Positions 50,329 through 61,777 of a DNA stretch of 64,000 nt are shown here, one piece after another. Position 1 is the stretch's first letter. Every line of letters starts with the position of its first letter. The DNA comes from Gemmatimonadaceae bacterium (GTDB lineage Bacteria; Gemmatimonadota; Gemmatimonadetes; Gemmatimonadales; Gemmatimonadaceae): positions 1,056,001 through 1,120,000 of the forward strand of contig JBHYGA010000001.1 in assembly GCA_051859245.1 (NCBI GenBank), read 5' to 3'. Position numbers and translations under genes: made by a program. Below the pieces are notes generated by a model that saw nothing but the letters and a program-made list of their open reading frames with translations, was not told the origin of the DNA and searched no databases.

Positions 50329-52559
50329 TTATTCCAGAATCTCGATTCGCCGTTCGCCGCGCGCACGTGAACCATCGGGACGCGACATTTCAACGATGAA
50401 CGCGTAACTGCCGGCGGCAAGGTTTCGCAGGTCAATCGCAATCGTGCGCGCGACGGTTGGTACGCGCGCCTCAATCACGGCCGCGTCACGACCCGGATCG
50501 GGTTCGCGCCACTTGATGCTGATGCTGTCGCGGCGACCGTCTGCCACACCAAGCGCTGCGCCGAGTGTGCGGAGCACGCTGTTTTCGTCGCGTCGTACAA
50601 TTCGTACTTCAACATCAACCGTATCCCCGGGAACAAAGCCGTAGCTCTCCCAGAAAAGTGCAACCGGCGCTTCACGAGTAAACTCGAGCGAACCCACCAT
50701 TTGATTGAGCACCGGTTCAATCTCTAGCGGCGCCTTGTCTCCTCGTTCGGGAAGGAGCACGAACACTGGATCGGAGACACCCACCTCGCCGGGCAGCATA
50801 TCTGACAGCGACGGCGGTGGCGTAATGCCGAATCGACTGCGATGGTCAATCTCGGTGCTTACACGACCGGGCACTTCCACACTCACCACACTCGGCGCCG
50901 ACTTCAGATGCCCGTTCGCCCGAAGTGATACGCCCGGCGGCAAGGTTGTGTCTGCAATGGTCCGGATATCAACCGGGCTGGTGCTCGCGACAATCGCCAC
51001 CGGAATCGGGGTGCGAACGCGCGGATCGAGTTGGTGCACGGGATCGTCAATGGCAATGCCGAACAGCACGCTGGTGTCGCGTCGCAACATCAGCGTTTGG
51101 CCTTCGGGCAGGAGCGCGATTCGGCGAGGGAATGCCACATGCTCGGTGGGCCACCAATCGTCCTGGGAAATGCTATCGGGACGACCGAGTGGCCAATCGG
51201 TGGCGCGTGCTTCAAACGGATTGTTGATCGCGCGATAATCGGGAAGCAAGGTGACGCGATCGGGCGCGTATTCCTTGGACGTGTAGGGCGGCTCCGCCTG
51301 CATCATCACGCTTTCGCGGCCAATGTTGATGGCCGAGTCCATCTGGTAGCCCGCCCAATAGGTATGCGTGGGCCAGCCATATCGAATGATTGTTTCCTGC
51401 AGCGCTTCACCAGCCGCGACCGCGCGCCACACGTAGCGTTCGTCTTCTTCGAACGCGGAGCGCAGCGCCAGGTGTGTGCGACGCGCGTGGTGCGCCACGA
51501 ATCGTTCGTTGCCGGGAATGGACCAGAGTGGATCCGACATCCACCACACGCGCTCACCCAGCTCGGCTTGCACTTCGCACGGCAATCCACGGGCTTCGCG
51601 TCGCGGTCCGGCGGGCAACAGCACCAGCACGGTGGTGTCGGCACAGGGCACGCCCGCGCTTTTCTTTTCTGCGGCCACGCTACGCCGAAACGCACGTTCG
51701 GCATCCTGGAGTTGCCACGACTGTTCATACACCAGGCCTTCGAGGGCCGCGCACCACGCTTCGTCACTGGTGCACGCACGCGCGACCGAGAGCGCGCGAT
51801 CGAAGTCGGAGTTGTCAATCAGAAAGCGTACCAGCTGGCCGGAAATCCAGCCATCGTTTGGATAGCGTTGGGCCGCCTGCGTCAAACGTGTGATCACGGT
51901 GTCTCGCGCCCGTCGAACGATGGGGCGAATGCCGATCGGAAGCGCCAGATCAAGTCGTTCTCCTTCATCGAGCGGAATACCGATTTCTTCCGGCACCCAC
52001 ATGGGACACACCTGGCCCTTATTGCGGTCGCCGCGAACTCGACGCGGATTCTCGAGCGAGAGCGAATTGCCTCCAATCGTACTCGCGGAGATGGAGGGCG
52101 AATCTTCTCCCGAGGGTGCGCTGCGCGCTGCACTCGCGGCCACCATGCGATCAACAACGCTCGCGCGTTCACGCACACTCACTGGTGCGGCAACATTGGT
52201 TCCGTACAACTGGGCTTCGGCGTTGGCCATATCCACTTCGCCGAGCCAGCCGGTGTAGCACAGCAGCGCCTGGTAGCGTCGTACCTCAGGCGTGAAGTTT
52301 CGAAAGTTGTAGTCGTTCTGTGTCTGCGTCAGGTTGATGTTCACCTGCCCGCGATCAATCAGCGATTCCTTCCACGCGTCGCGCCAGGTGCGATGGAAGC
52401 GCGAGATGCGCTTGACCAGATCTTTCCGCAGCTCGATCGAGTCTTTGTCCGGCGGTTGCACCATTACTACCGACGCGCTCGCGGGCGCGGGCGTCATGAT
52501 GATCGCGCCGAGGAGAAGCGTTCGAAAACCGCGCGCCACATGGTGGACAAGACACAGGT

Positions 52560-52563
<4 letters not shown>
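50329..52563 (-). CDS. Large exported hypothetical protein (TPR-like segment, IRYGWP motif)
   Basis: Signal peptide; ATGA overlap with the prolyl oligopeptidase gene. Confidence 0.65.
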
Positions 52564-54683
<2,120 letters not shown>

Positions 54684-55012
54684 AGACCTAGAATGCGCCA
54701 GAACGAGAGTTCGCTCCAGCACATGTGACGAGGATTTTGGGACGATTGGACGAACGGGAGCCAGAAAGCTAGAGCATGCCCCTAGCGTGGGATTGCCCGA
54801 ATGGGATAGCTTACGAGGCTGGGCGTTCGCGCCCGGAAACCCTGCCGGCCGAGTTCGGGGCCGCCGGCAGTGGCGATGCCACGCTGATTCACCGCCGGAG
54901 AAGTGCTCCGGTTGGGCAGCGCGGCCTCTCGCACCACAGGCCGACGCAGCAGGTCGGATTTGTGGCTCCAGCTGTCCTCGCAAACGGGCGCCGGGCGTCC
55001 GGGAGTATCAAT

Positions 55013-55390
55013 ATGCATCCGTTCATCGAAACGCAGAAAGAGTGGCTGCGCGACGACATTCCGCCGTTCCGTCCAGGCGATACCGTGCGCGTCAATGTGC
55101 GAGTGAAGGAAGGCGACAAGGAGCGCTTGCAGGCGTTCGAAGGTGTGTGCATCGCCCGTCGTGGTGGTGGTGTGAGCGAAACGTTTACGGTGCGCAAGAT
55201 CTCGAACGGTGTTGGCGTGGAGCGCATTTTCCCGCTGCACAGCCCGATGATCGGGAGCCTGATCGTGGTGCGTCGTGGTGTCGTGCGTCGCGCAAAGCTG
55301 TACTACCTGCGTGATGTGGTCGGCAAGGCCGCGCGTATCAAGGAACGCAAGACGGTGCGTCCGCCCAAGGGATCGGCCACCAGCAACTGA
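55013..55390 (+). CDS. rplS: 50S ribosomal protein L19
   Basis: [37 protein letters not shown] before ATG 55013. Confidence 0.98.
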   Translation: MHPFIETQKEWLRDDIPPFRPGDTVRVNVRVKEGDKERLQAFEGVCIARRGGGVSETFTVRKISNGVGVERIFPLHSPMIGSLIVVRRGVVRRAKLYYLRDVVGKAARIKERKTVRPPKGSATSN

Positions 55391-55429
55391 TCCAACGGTG
55401 CACACGCGCGTCGCGGGAGCACCTGACTG

Positions 55430-56062
55430 ATGGCGCGGTGGAGTCGCCTCGAAGCGACGTTGCGCACGCGACACGGGCCCGTGCTCGCCGGAGTCGATGA
55501 AGTCGGACGGGGCCCCCTAGCGGGCCCCGTCGTCGCATGTGCGGTCGTCATGCCGGCCGGCGTGCGCGCGATCTCTGGCGTGGCCGATTCCAAACAGCTT
55601 GATGCCAACACACGCACCGTGCTGGCGGCGCGCATTCGCGACACGGCGCTGAGCATCGGGGTGGGGGCCGCGTCTGTGCGCGAGATTGATCAGATCAACA
55701 TTCTCCACGCCACGGTGCGCGCCATGCAGCGCGCGCTTGCACACTGTGAGCGACGGTTGGGCCAGCGCCCGGATCATATTCTGGTTGACGGAAATCCTCT
55801 GCGATGGCTCGGCGTGGAGCACACGGCCGTGGTCAAAGGCGACGCGTCATGTTATTCCATCGCCTGCGCGTCGATTGTTGCGAAAGTGCTGCGCGACGGA
55901 TTGATGCAGCGTTTGGCAACCCGACATCAGGGATACGCATGGGAGCGGAATGTGGGCTACGGAACCGCTGCCCATCGTGCGGCGATTGAACAACACGGAT
56001 TGTCGGTGCACCATCGACGATCGTTCTGTCTTTCGCTGCAGACCTCGCTGGAGTTGTTGTGA
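55430..56062 (+). CDS. rnhB: Ribonuclease HII
   Basis: GVDEVGRGPLAGPV, DSKQL, KGD, ASIVAKV.RD, GYGT..H. Confidence 0.96.
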   Translation: MARWSRLEATLRTRHGPVLAGVDEVGRGPLAGPVVACAVVMPAGVRAISGVADSKQLDANTRTVLAARIRDTALSIGVGAASVREIDQINILHATVRAMQRALAHCERRLGQRPDHILVDGNPLRWLGVEHTAVVKGDASCYSIACASIVAKVLRDGLMQRLATRHQGYAWERNVGYGTAAHRAAIEQHGLSVHHRRSFCLSLQTSLELL

Positions 56063-56625
56063 CGGATTCTGAGGAGGAAGCGGCCGCGCTCGCAAACGCG
56101 ATCACGCTTGAGCTGCCGATGCACGAGCATGTGCCGGCGCCCATGCTTGACAATCAGCCGCGCAGCCTCGCGCCTCGTGTGATTTGGGCGTGGCGTATCG
56201 GCATGATGACGCAGGCAATTTTCCCGTCCATCCTGCTCGGCGTTGGTGTGTGGATCGTCTGGCGTGTGGAGCACGTGTGGTGGATCGCCGGCGCCGTCGC
56301 CGCGCCGTGGCTGCTCGCGGCAGTGCTCGCGTATCGACTACCACCACGCCGCTACGCCGTGTGGCGCTATCAGGTCACCGACGACGCACTGCGGCTGGAC
56401 CGCGGCGTGATGGTGCGCGTGGAAAGTGTGGTGCCCTATACACGCATTCAGCACGTGGATACGGAGCAGGGGCCGATTGAACGTGCACTCGGCCTCACGC
56501 GCGTGATTGTGCACACCGCCTCGGGCAGTGGCAGCACGCTGTCGATTCCCGGACTGACGCCGTCCGATGCGGCCGCACTGCGCGAACGACTCGCCGTGCT
56601 CGCCGGTGTTGTTGAGCCGCTCTAG
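56059..56625 (+). CDS. YdbS-like bacterial PH-domain membrane protein
   Basis: Two TM helices; VPYTRIQHVD..QGPIER..GL. Confidence 0.85.
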   Translation: MTDSEEEAAALANAITLELPMHEHVPAPMLDNQPRSLAPRVIWAWRIGMMTQAIFPSILLGVGVWIVWRVEHVWWIAGAVAAPWLLAAVLAYRLPPRRYAVWRYQVTDDALRLDRGVMVRVESVVPYTRIQHVDTEQGPIERALGLTRVIVHTASGSGSTLSIPGLTPSDAAALRERLAVLAGVVEPL

Positions 56626-58358
56626 TGCACGCTGATCAAGCCGACGCGGCGCCAACGCGGGCGACCGAACCCGTGCTCAAGCGACTGCACATTCTCTCAG
56701 TGCTGCTTGAATGGGTGACCGCACTGTCGCGCACGGTGATTCCGTTGTTGTTGCTCTATGTACAAACGCGCGACAAAGGTGGTCGCATTATCGCGATCCT
56801 TGGCGTGAGTGCGCTGGCGCTCACCGCGCTCTGGTCGATTGCCTCGTACCTCGCCACGCGGTACGGCGTGAGCGATGACGCGCTGCTTGTGCGCAGCGGC
56901 GTGTTGCGACGCCAGTCCCGAATCATTCCGTTCAGTCGCATCCAAACGGTGAACGTGCAGCAGAAGGCGCTGCAACGCGTGTTCGGTGTGGCCGAGTTGC
57001 GCGTGGAAACAGCGACTCAAGGGAGCGAAGCCGAGGCGGTACTGAGCGTGTTGCGGTGGCGCGACGCGCAGGCGTTGCGCGAACAGTTGGTGGCGGCGCG
57101 ACTCTCGGCGATCGCGCCGCGCATGGCCGCGGCTCGCGCGCCGCTGTCGAACACGCACAACGCGCACTCGCCTGACGCGCACTCGCCTGACGCGCACTCG
57201 CCTGACGCGCACTCGCCTGACGCGCACTCGCCTGACGCACCATCGCACGCCGAAGCGCCGCACGCCGCGCCTACGCCGGAACTGATTGCGGCGATTGATG
57301 TGGAAGAACTGATGGTGGCCGGTGGCACGTCAAACAACATTGGTGTGCTGCTCGCCTTGCTGATCAGTGGATGTGAACGCTTCGGTTCGTCGTTTATTGA
57401 GGGGCTGCTGCTTCCGGGTGGACTCGGCACGCCGATGAATGCGCTCTCGCTTGCCATGAGCAACACCTGGGCCATCGCGCTGCTGGTGCTCGTCGGCGTG
57501 ATCCCGATCTTGTTCGCGTCGTGGCTGGTGTCTGTTGCGGGTTCGGTGGTACGCTACTACGGCTTCACGCTTGAACGGGTGGGGCGTGATTTGCGTCGTC
57601 GCCACGGCTTGTTCAGCCGTGTCGAAGCCAGCGTTCCCATGGCGCGCGCGCAAGCGCTGCGATTCAAACAATCACTGCTGCGACGTCCCTTCGGGCGCGG
57701 CGAACTGTTGCTTGTATCGGCGGGCTCCGTGGCCACGCGCGAGAACACCTCCGGTGGACAGCAGCATCTCATGCCGATTCTGCGTGTGGAGAAAGTCGCC
57801 GAGTTGGTGTCGGTGGTGTTTCCGGATGCTGATGTATCTGAGGTGCTGGCTGCGCACACCACGGAGTCCGTGTGGCAACGTGCGTCCCCGGTGTCGTGGC
57901 TTCGCAACGCGCTCAGTCTCAGTTTGCAACTGGGCATACTGCTCGGGGTGCTGGTGATGTGGCTTGGCGAGAGTTGGTGGAGCGCGGCCTGGTTGTTCCC
58001 GCTGGTCTGGCTCCTCGCGTGCGCGCGCTGGCGTGCACGCGGACTGACGCTAGTGCCGGGCTACGTGCTGGTTCGACAAGGCGGCATTTCGCGCACCACC
58101 ATCATCATGCCTGAGAGCAAGCTGCAGTTGATTGAAGTGCAGCAAGGACCGCTGCAGCGTATGTTCGGATTGGCCACGCTGCACCTGACCACTGCCGGAC
58201 AAGGTGGTGAGGCCAGCATGGTTGATCTGCGGTTGGCGGAAGCACGAGCCGTACGTGATGACCTTGCTGCACGCCTGCCTCGATCAGTGCGCGCGTCGGG
58301 TCGAACCATCCGCGATGCCGCGGCACCACTTCACCTCGCACCACTCCGGAGTACTTGA
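56625..58358 (+). CDS. YdbT-like membrane protein with several bacterial PH domains
   Basis: IPFSRIQTV, ARAQAL, SKLQLIEVQQGPLQRMFGLA; follows the YdbS-like gene. Confidence 0.85.
   Translation: MHADQADAAPTRATEPVLKRLHILSVLLEWVTALSRTVIPLLLLYVQTRDKGGRIIAILGVSALALTALWSIASYLATRYGVSDDALLVRSGVLRRQSRIIPFSRIQTVNVQQKALQRVFGVAELRVETATQGSEAEAVLSVLRWRDAQALREQLVAARLSAIAPRMAAARAPLSNTHNAHSPDAHSPDAHSPDAHSPDAHSPDAPSHAEAPHAAPTPELIAAIDVEELMVAGGTSNNIGVLLALLISGCERFGSSFIEGLLLPGGLGTPMNALSLAMSNTWAIALLVLVGVIPILFASWLVSVAGSVVRYYGFTLERVGRDLRRRHGLFSRVEASVPMARAQALRFKQSLLRRPFGRGELLLVSAGSVATRENTSGGQQHLMPILRVEKVAELVSVVFPDADVSEVLAAHTTESVWQRASPVSWLRNALSLSLQLGILLGVLVMWLGESWWSAAWLFPLVWLLACARWRARGLTLVPGYVLVRQGGISRTTIIMPESKLQLIEVQQGPLQRMFGLATLHLTTAGQGGEASMVDLRLAEARAVRDDLAARLPRSVRASGRTIRDAAAPLHLAPLRST
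57161..57235 (+). repeat. In-frame tandem repeat (CGCGCACTCGCCTGA)x5 encoding (AHSPD)5
   Basis: Five identical 15-bp units read directly. Confidence 0.97.
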
Positions 58359-58361
58359 GCC

Positions 58362-59192
58362 ATGGCGCCAGAACCCGACGCGATTTTTCGACCCGACTTG
58401 CTGGCAGGGCACGTCGCGCTGATCACCGGTGGTGGCAGTGGCATTGGTCTCGGCATTTCCGAGCTGCTGGCGTCACTTGGTATGCACGTGGTGATTGCCA
58501 GTCGCAAGCCGGAGCACTTTGACGTGGCGCGTGACAGTCTGCTGGCGAAGGGTTTGTCGGTCAGCAGCGTTGCGCTTGATGTGCGTGATCAGGAGCGCGT
58601 GCGTACTGTGGTCGATCAGGTATCACAACAACACGGTCGTCTCGATCTGTTGGTCAATAACGCCGCCGGCAATTTCTACGCGCCCAGTGCAACGCTCTCA
58701 CCGAACGCATGGAAGGCCGTGCTGGAAATTGATCTGTACGGCACGTTTCACTGTTCGCAGGCCGTATATCCGATCATGAAAGCGCAGGGCGGTGGTCGCA
58801 TTGTGAGCACGTCCATGACGCTGCACTATCGTGGTTGGCCGCAGATGGCGCACGCCACGGCAGCGAAAGCCGGTGTGGACGCGCTCACTCGAACGCTCGC
58901 GGTGGAGTGGGCGCCAGAGCGTATTCGTGTGAATGCAATTGCACCAGGTCCAATTCCCACCGAAGGTGTTCGCAAAGCGTTCACGCCGCTCCCAGACAGC
59001 GGTATTCCCGATGTGTTTGCGGCCGCAACGGAACGCATGGAACAGTACGCGCGCGATCGCATACCACTGGGTCGATGGGGCACACCGCGCGACGTGGCGA
59101 ACATGGTCGCGTTTCTGGCCTCACCGGGCGGAGATTGGATTACGGGCGCGATTTTTGTGATCGACGGCGGAGAGTGGCTCGCAAAAAGTTAA
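58362..59192 (+). CDS. SDR, 2,4-dienoyl-CoA reductase-like
   Basis: TGGGSGIG, NNAAGNF, LSPNAWKAV, AAKAG, IAPGPI. Confidence 0.85.
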   Translation: MAPEPDAIFRPDLLAGHVALITGGGSGIGLGISELLASLGMHVVIASRKPEHFDVARDSLLAKGLSVSSVALDVRDQERVRTVVDQVSQQHGRLDLLVNNAAGNFYAPSATLSPNAWKAVLEIDLYGTFHCSQAVYPIMKAQGGGRIVSTSMTLHYRGWPQMAHATAAKAGVDALTRTLAVEWAPERIRVNAIAPGPIPTEGVRKAFTPLPDSGIPDVFAAATERMEQYARDRIPLGRWGTPRDVANMVAFLASPGGDWITGAIFVIDGGEWLAKS

Positions 59193-59293
59193 GAACCCGT
59201 GCGCTGGGTCACTGCAGCGGACCAGAGTGTCACCTTTCTTACATGCAGTGTGCCGGCTCTGGTGCCGCGCACCTTCACATGAGAGGAGGCTGT

Positions 59294-59923
59294 ATGCGTA
59301 CACTGCGACTGTTTGGAATGGCGGCGCTGGCAGCGACGTCACTCGGTGCCTGTGCCACGAAGGGTTTTGTTCGGACCGGACTTGAAGAGCAGCGTTCTGC
59401 ACTCACGGCCGAGATTGCCGCTGAGCGCGCGGGCCGTATTGCTGGTGACAGCGCGATTCGCGTTGACCTGGTCGCGATGCGATCCGACCTCACGGCGCTC
59501 CGTGATGAGTTCGGCGCCAAGATCACGGCCATGGAAGGCAAGGTGAAGTTTGCATTCCCGGTGCATTTCGCATTCGATGACGCCACGGTTCGCGAAGATG
59601 ATCGCGTTGCCCTTGAGCGCTTCGCAGAAGTTGTGCGCACGTACTACAACGGCGCCGCCATCACCGTGGAAGGATTCGCGGATCCGGCGGGCTCGAAGGC
59701 GTACAACCTCGCCCTGTCGCAGCGTCGTGCCGACGCCGTTCGTGAGTTCCTTGCTGGCCGTGGCGTTGCACCGTCACTCGTCACGAGCGTTGGCTACGGC
59801 AGTGACCGTCAGGTGCGCCCCGGCGCCATGCGTGATGACGCGGGTGCCGAACTGAATCGCCGTGTGGCGTTTGTGATTGAGTCGCCGGCCGAAAGCACGA
59901 TCGCGGCGATCTCCATGCGCTAA
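59294..59923 (+). CDS. OmpA/Pal-like peptidoglycan-binding lipoprotein
   Basis: AGGAGG before ATG; lipobox LGAC; HFAFD, EGFAD..G..YN..LSQRRA, NRRV. Confidence 0.88.
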   Translation: MRTLRLFGMAALAATSLGACATKGFVRTGLEEQRSALTAEIAAERAGRIAGDSAIRVDLVAMRSDLTALRDEFGAKITAMEGKVKFAFPVHFAFDDATVREDDRVALERFAEVVRTYYNGAAITVEGFADPAGSKAYNLALSQRRADAVREFLAGRGVAPSLVTSVGYGSDRQVRPGAMRDDAGAELNRRVAFVIESPAESTIAAISMR

Positions 59924-60135
59924 CAGACGCCTTTGCCGCGAATCGTGACGGTGGTGTCACGGGGACATCTCAGTTCCACGACATCACCTCCGGATCGCTG
60001 CAGCGGCAACGCGCGCGCACGTACACTCCGTACATGCACGCACTCACCGGTTCACGTCGCGAACGGTTGTTGTCGCCCACATTTGCCAAACCGGCGAGTG
60101 TGGGCGGCTTGCCGTTAACGCGCTTCAGGCCCTTG

Positions 60136-61296
60136 ATGACCGACGAGCAATCACTGCGGCTCGCACTCTTTACCGAAACGTGGACACCCCAGGTCAATGG
60201 GGTGGCGCGCACGCTCGAGCGTTTACGAGACGCTGTGATCGCGCGCGGCGGCGATGTGTTGGTGGTCACGGCGGATGATCCGGATGCGCGGGCAGAACCC
60301 AATGTCTACCGCGCACCCAGTGCCCCCTTTTGGGCCTATCCGCAGTTGCGTTTAGCGTGGCCAACGCGGAACACGGTGAGTGAAGTGTTGCGCGCGTTTT
60401 CGCCCACGCTTGTGCATGTGGCGACAGAGTTTGGCGTTGGGCTCGCGGGCCGCTCCGCAGCGCAACGCATGCAACTGCCGCTTGTCACATCGTATCACAC
60501 CAACTTTACTGCGTACGCGCAGTACTACAGTCTTGGCATGCTGGCGCGGCCAGGTTGGCAATATCTCCGGTGGTTTCACTCGGCTGGCGCACGCACATAT
60601 TGCCCCACACAGTCCATCGTGCGCGAAGTGCAGGCGCAAGGGTTTCAGAACTGTGCGGTGTGGTCGCGCGGCGTGGACACGCAGCGTTTTTCTCCGATGC
60701 ACAAACGCAGTGCGTTGCGTGAACAGCTCGGTATTGCCGATGACGTGCTGCTGGTGACGTACGTTGGGCGGATCGCGGCGGAGAAAGGGCTTGATGTGGC
60801 GCTGCACGCCATGCGTCTGGCCGCACAGGCGCGACCGGGGAAAATCGCGTTTGCGGTAATTGGCGATGGTCCGTTCGAACAGGAAACACGCGCTCGCACG
60901 CCGGAGCCGCGCTGGATACCGGGAAAGCTGCTCGGCGCCGAGCTCAGCACGGCGTACGCGTCGTCTGATCTGTTCCTGTTTCCCAGCACCACCGATACGT
61001 TCGGCAACGTGCTGCTTGAGGCGATGGCGTCAGGGTTGCCGGTGGTTGGCGCCGATGTGGGTCCTACCCGCGAACTGATCGGTGAAACGCGCGGCTGGTT
61101 GGTGGCGCCGGGGAACGCGGAGGCCATGGCCGCGGCGCTGGTGCAAGCCGTGGACGAGCCTGCGCTGCGCTACGAGCGCGCGACCGCCGCGCTGGAGTTT
61201 GCCGGGGCGTGCAGCTGGGACGGCGTCTGGGATCGCCTGTTTCAGGACTACTTGCGACTCCAGCAGCCGAATCGCCCTGTGATCGCGGCGGATTGA
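60136..61296 (+). CDS. GT4 glycosyltransferase
   Basis: PQVNGV, SYHTNF, YVGR..EKG, FPSTTDTFGNVLLEAMASGLPVV. Confidence 0.9.
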   Translation: MTDEQSLRLALFTETWTPQVNGVARTLERLRDAVIARGGDVLVVTADDPDARAEPNVYRAPSAPFWAYPQLRLAWPTRNTVSEVLRAFSPTLVHVATEFGVGLAGRSAAQRMQLPLVTSYHTNFTAYAQYYSLGMLARPGWQYLRWFHSAGARTYCPTQSIVREVQAQGFQNCAVWSRGVDTQRFSPMHKRSALREQLGIADDVLLVTYVGRIAAEKGLDVALHAMRLAAQARPGKIAFAVIGDGPFEQETRARTPEPRWIPGKLLGAELSTAYASSDLFLFPSTTDTFGNVLLEAMASGLPVVGADVGPTRELIGETRGWLVAPGNAEAMAAALVQAVDEPALRYERATAALEFAGACSWDGVWDRLFQDYLRLQQPNRPVIAAD

Positions 61297-61322
61297 CATA
61301 GGGGGTGGGGGTATTATAAGCT
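61293..61322 (+). promoter_or_regulatory. copZ promoter with CsoR-family-like operator
   Basis: TTGACA at 61293; ATAG-GGGGTGGGG-GTAT (61298-61314); -10 candidate TATAAG or TAAGCT. Confidence 0.6.
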
Positions 61323-61383
61323 TCCGGTAGCTGCCGGAGACGGCGTATGACGACGCTGACCCCCTTTCTTGGAGTGAACACCG

Positions 61384-61602
61384 ATGGAGACCCTGTCCCT
61401 GCACATCGAGGGCATGAGCTGCCAGCACTGTGTGCGTGCCGTCCGCAACGCCTTGACGGCGATGCCTGGGGTGGCGCTGGATAGCGTGAATCTGGGCACC
61501 GCGACGCTTTCCTTTGACCCGGCGCAGTCGAGCGCTGAGGCCATCACGGAGGCTGTGCAGGACGCCGGATACTCCGCCACAGCAGTTCTCGTGAACGACT
61601 GA
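61384..61602 (+). CDS. copZ: Copper chaperone (HMA domain)
   Basis: IEGMSCQHCV and C-terminal DAGY; 72 aa. Confidence 0.9.
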   Translation: METLSLHIEGMSCQHCVRAVRNALTAMPGVALDSVNLGTATLSFDPAQSSAEAITEAVQDAGYSATAVLVND

Positions 61603-61661
61603 CAGTTTTCGCGAACATTTGTATATATTGCGACGTTCCTCCACGCAGTGTGGAGTGTGTC

Positions 61662-61734
61662 GACTCGGTAGCTCAGCTGGTAGAGCAGCGGACTTTTAAT
61701 CCGTAGGTCGTGGGTTCAAGTCCCACCCGGGTCA
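61662..61734 (+). tRNA. tRNA-Lys(UUU), CCA not encoded
   Basis: Acceptor GACTCGG/CCGGGTC, D arm GCTC..GAGC, anticodon loop CTTTTAA, T loop TTCAAGT. Confidence 0.96.
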
Positions 61735-61777
61735 TTGGCGTCCCCGTTGTGCACGGTGATGCGCCATCTTTCTTCGT

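Noticed and set aside
54724..54752. Fourth copy of the ECF motif
   Set aside because: TGTGAC is present but is followed after 19 nt by GAC, not GTA
57161..57238. Possible CRISPR array
   Set aside because: Units are 15 bp, head-to-tail without spacers, in frame within a CDS; no cas genes seen
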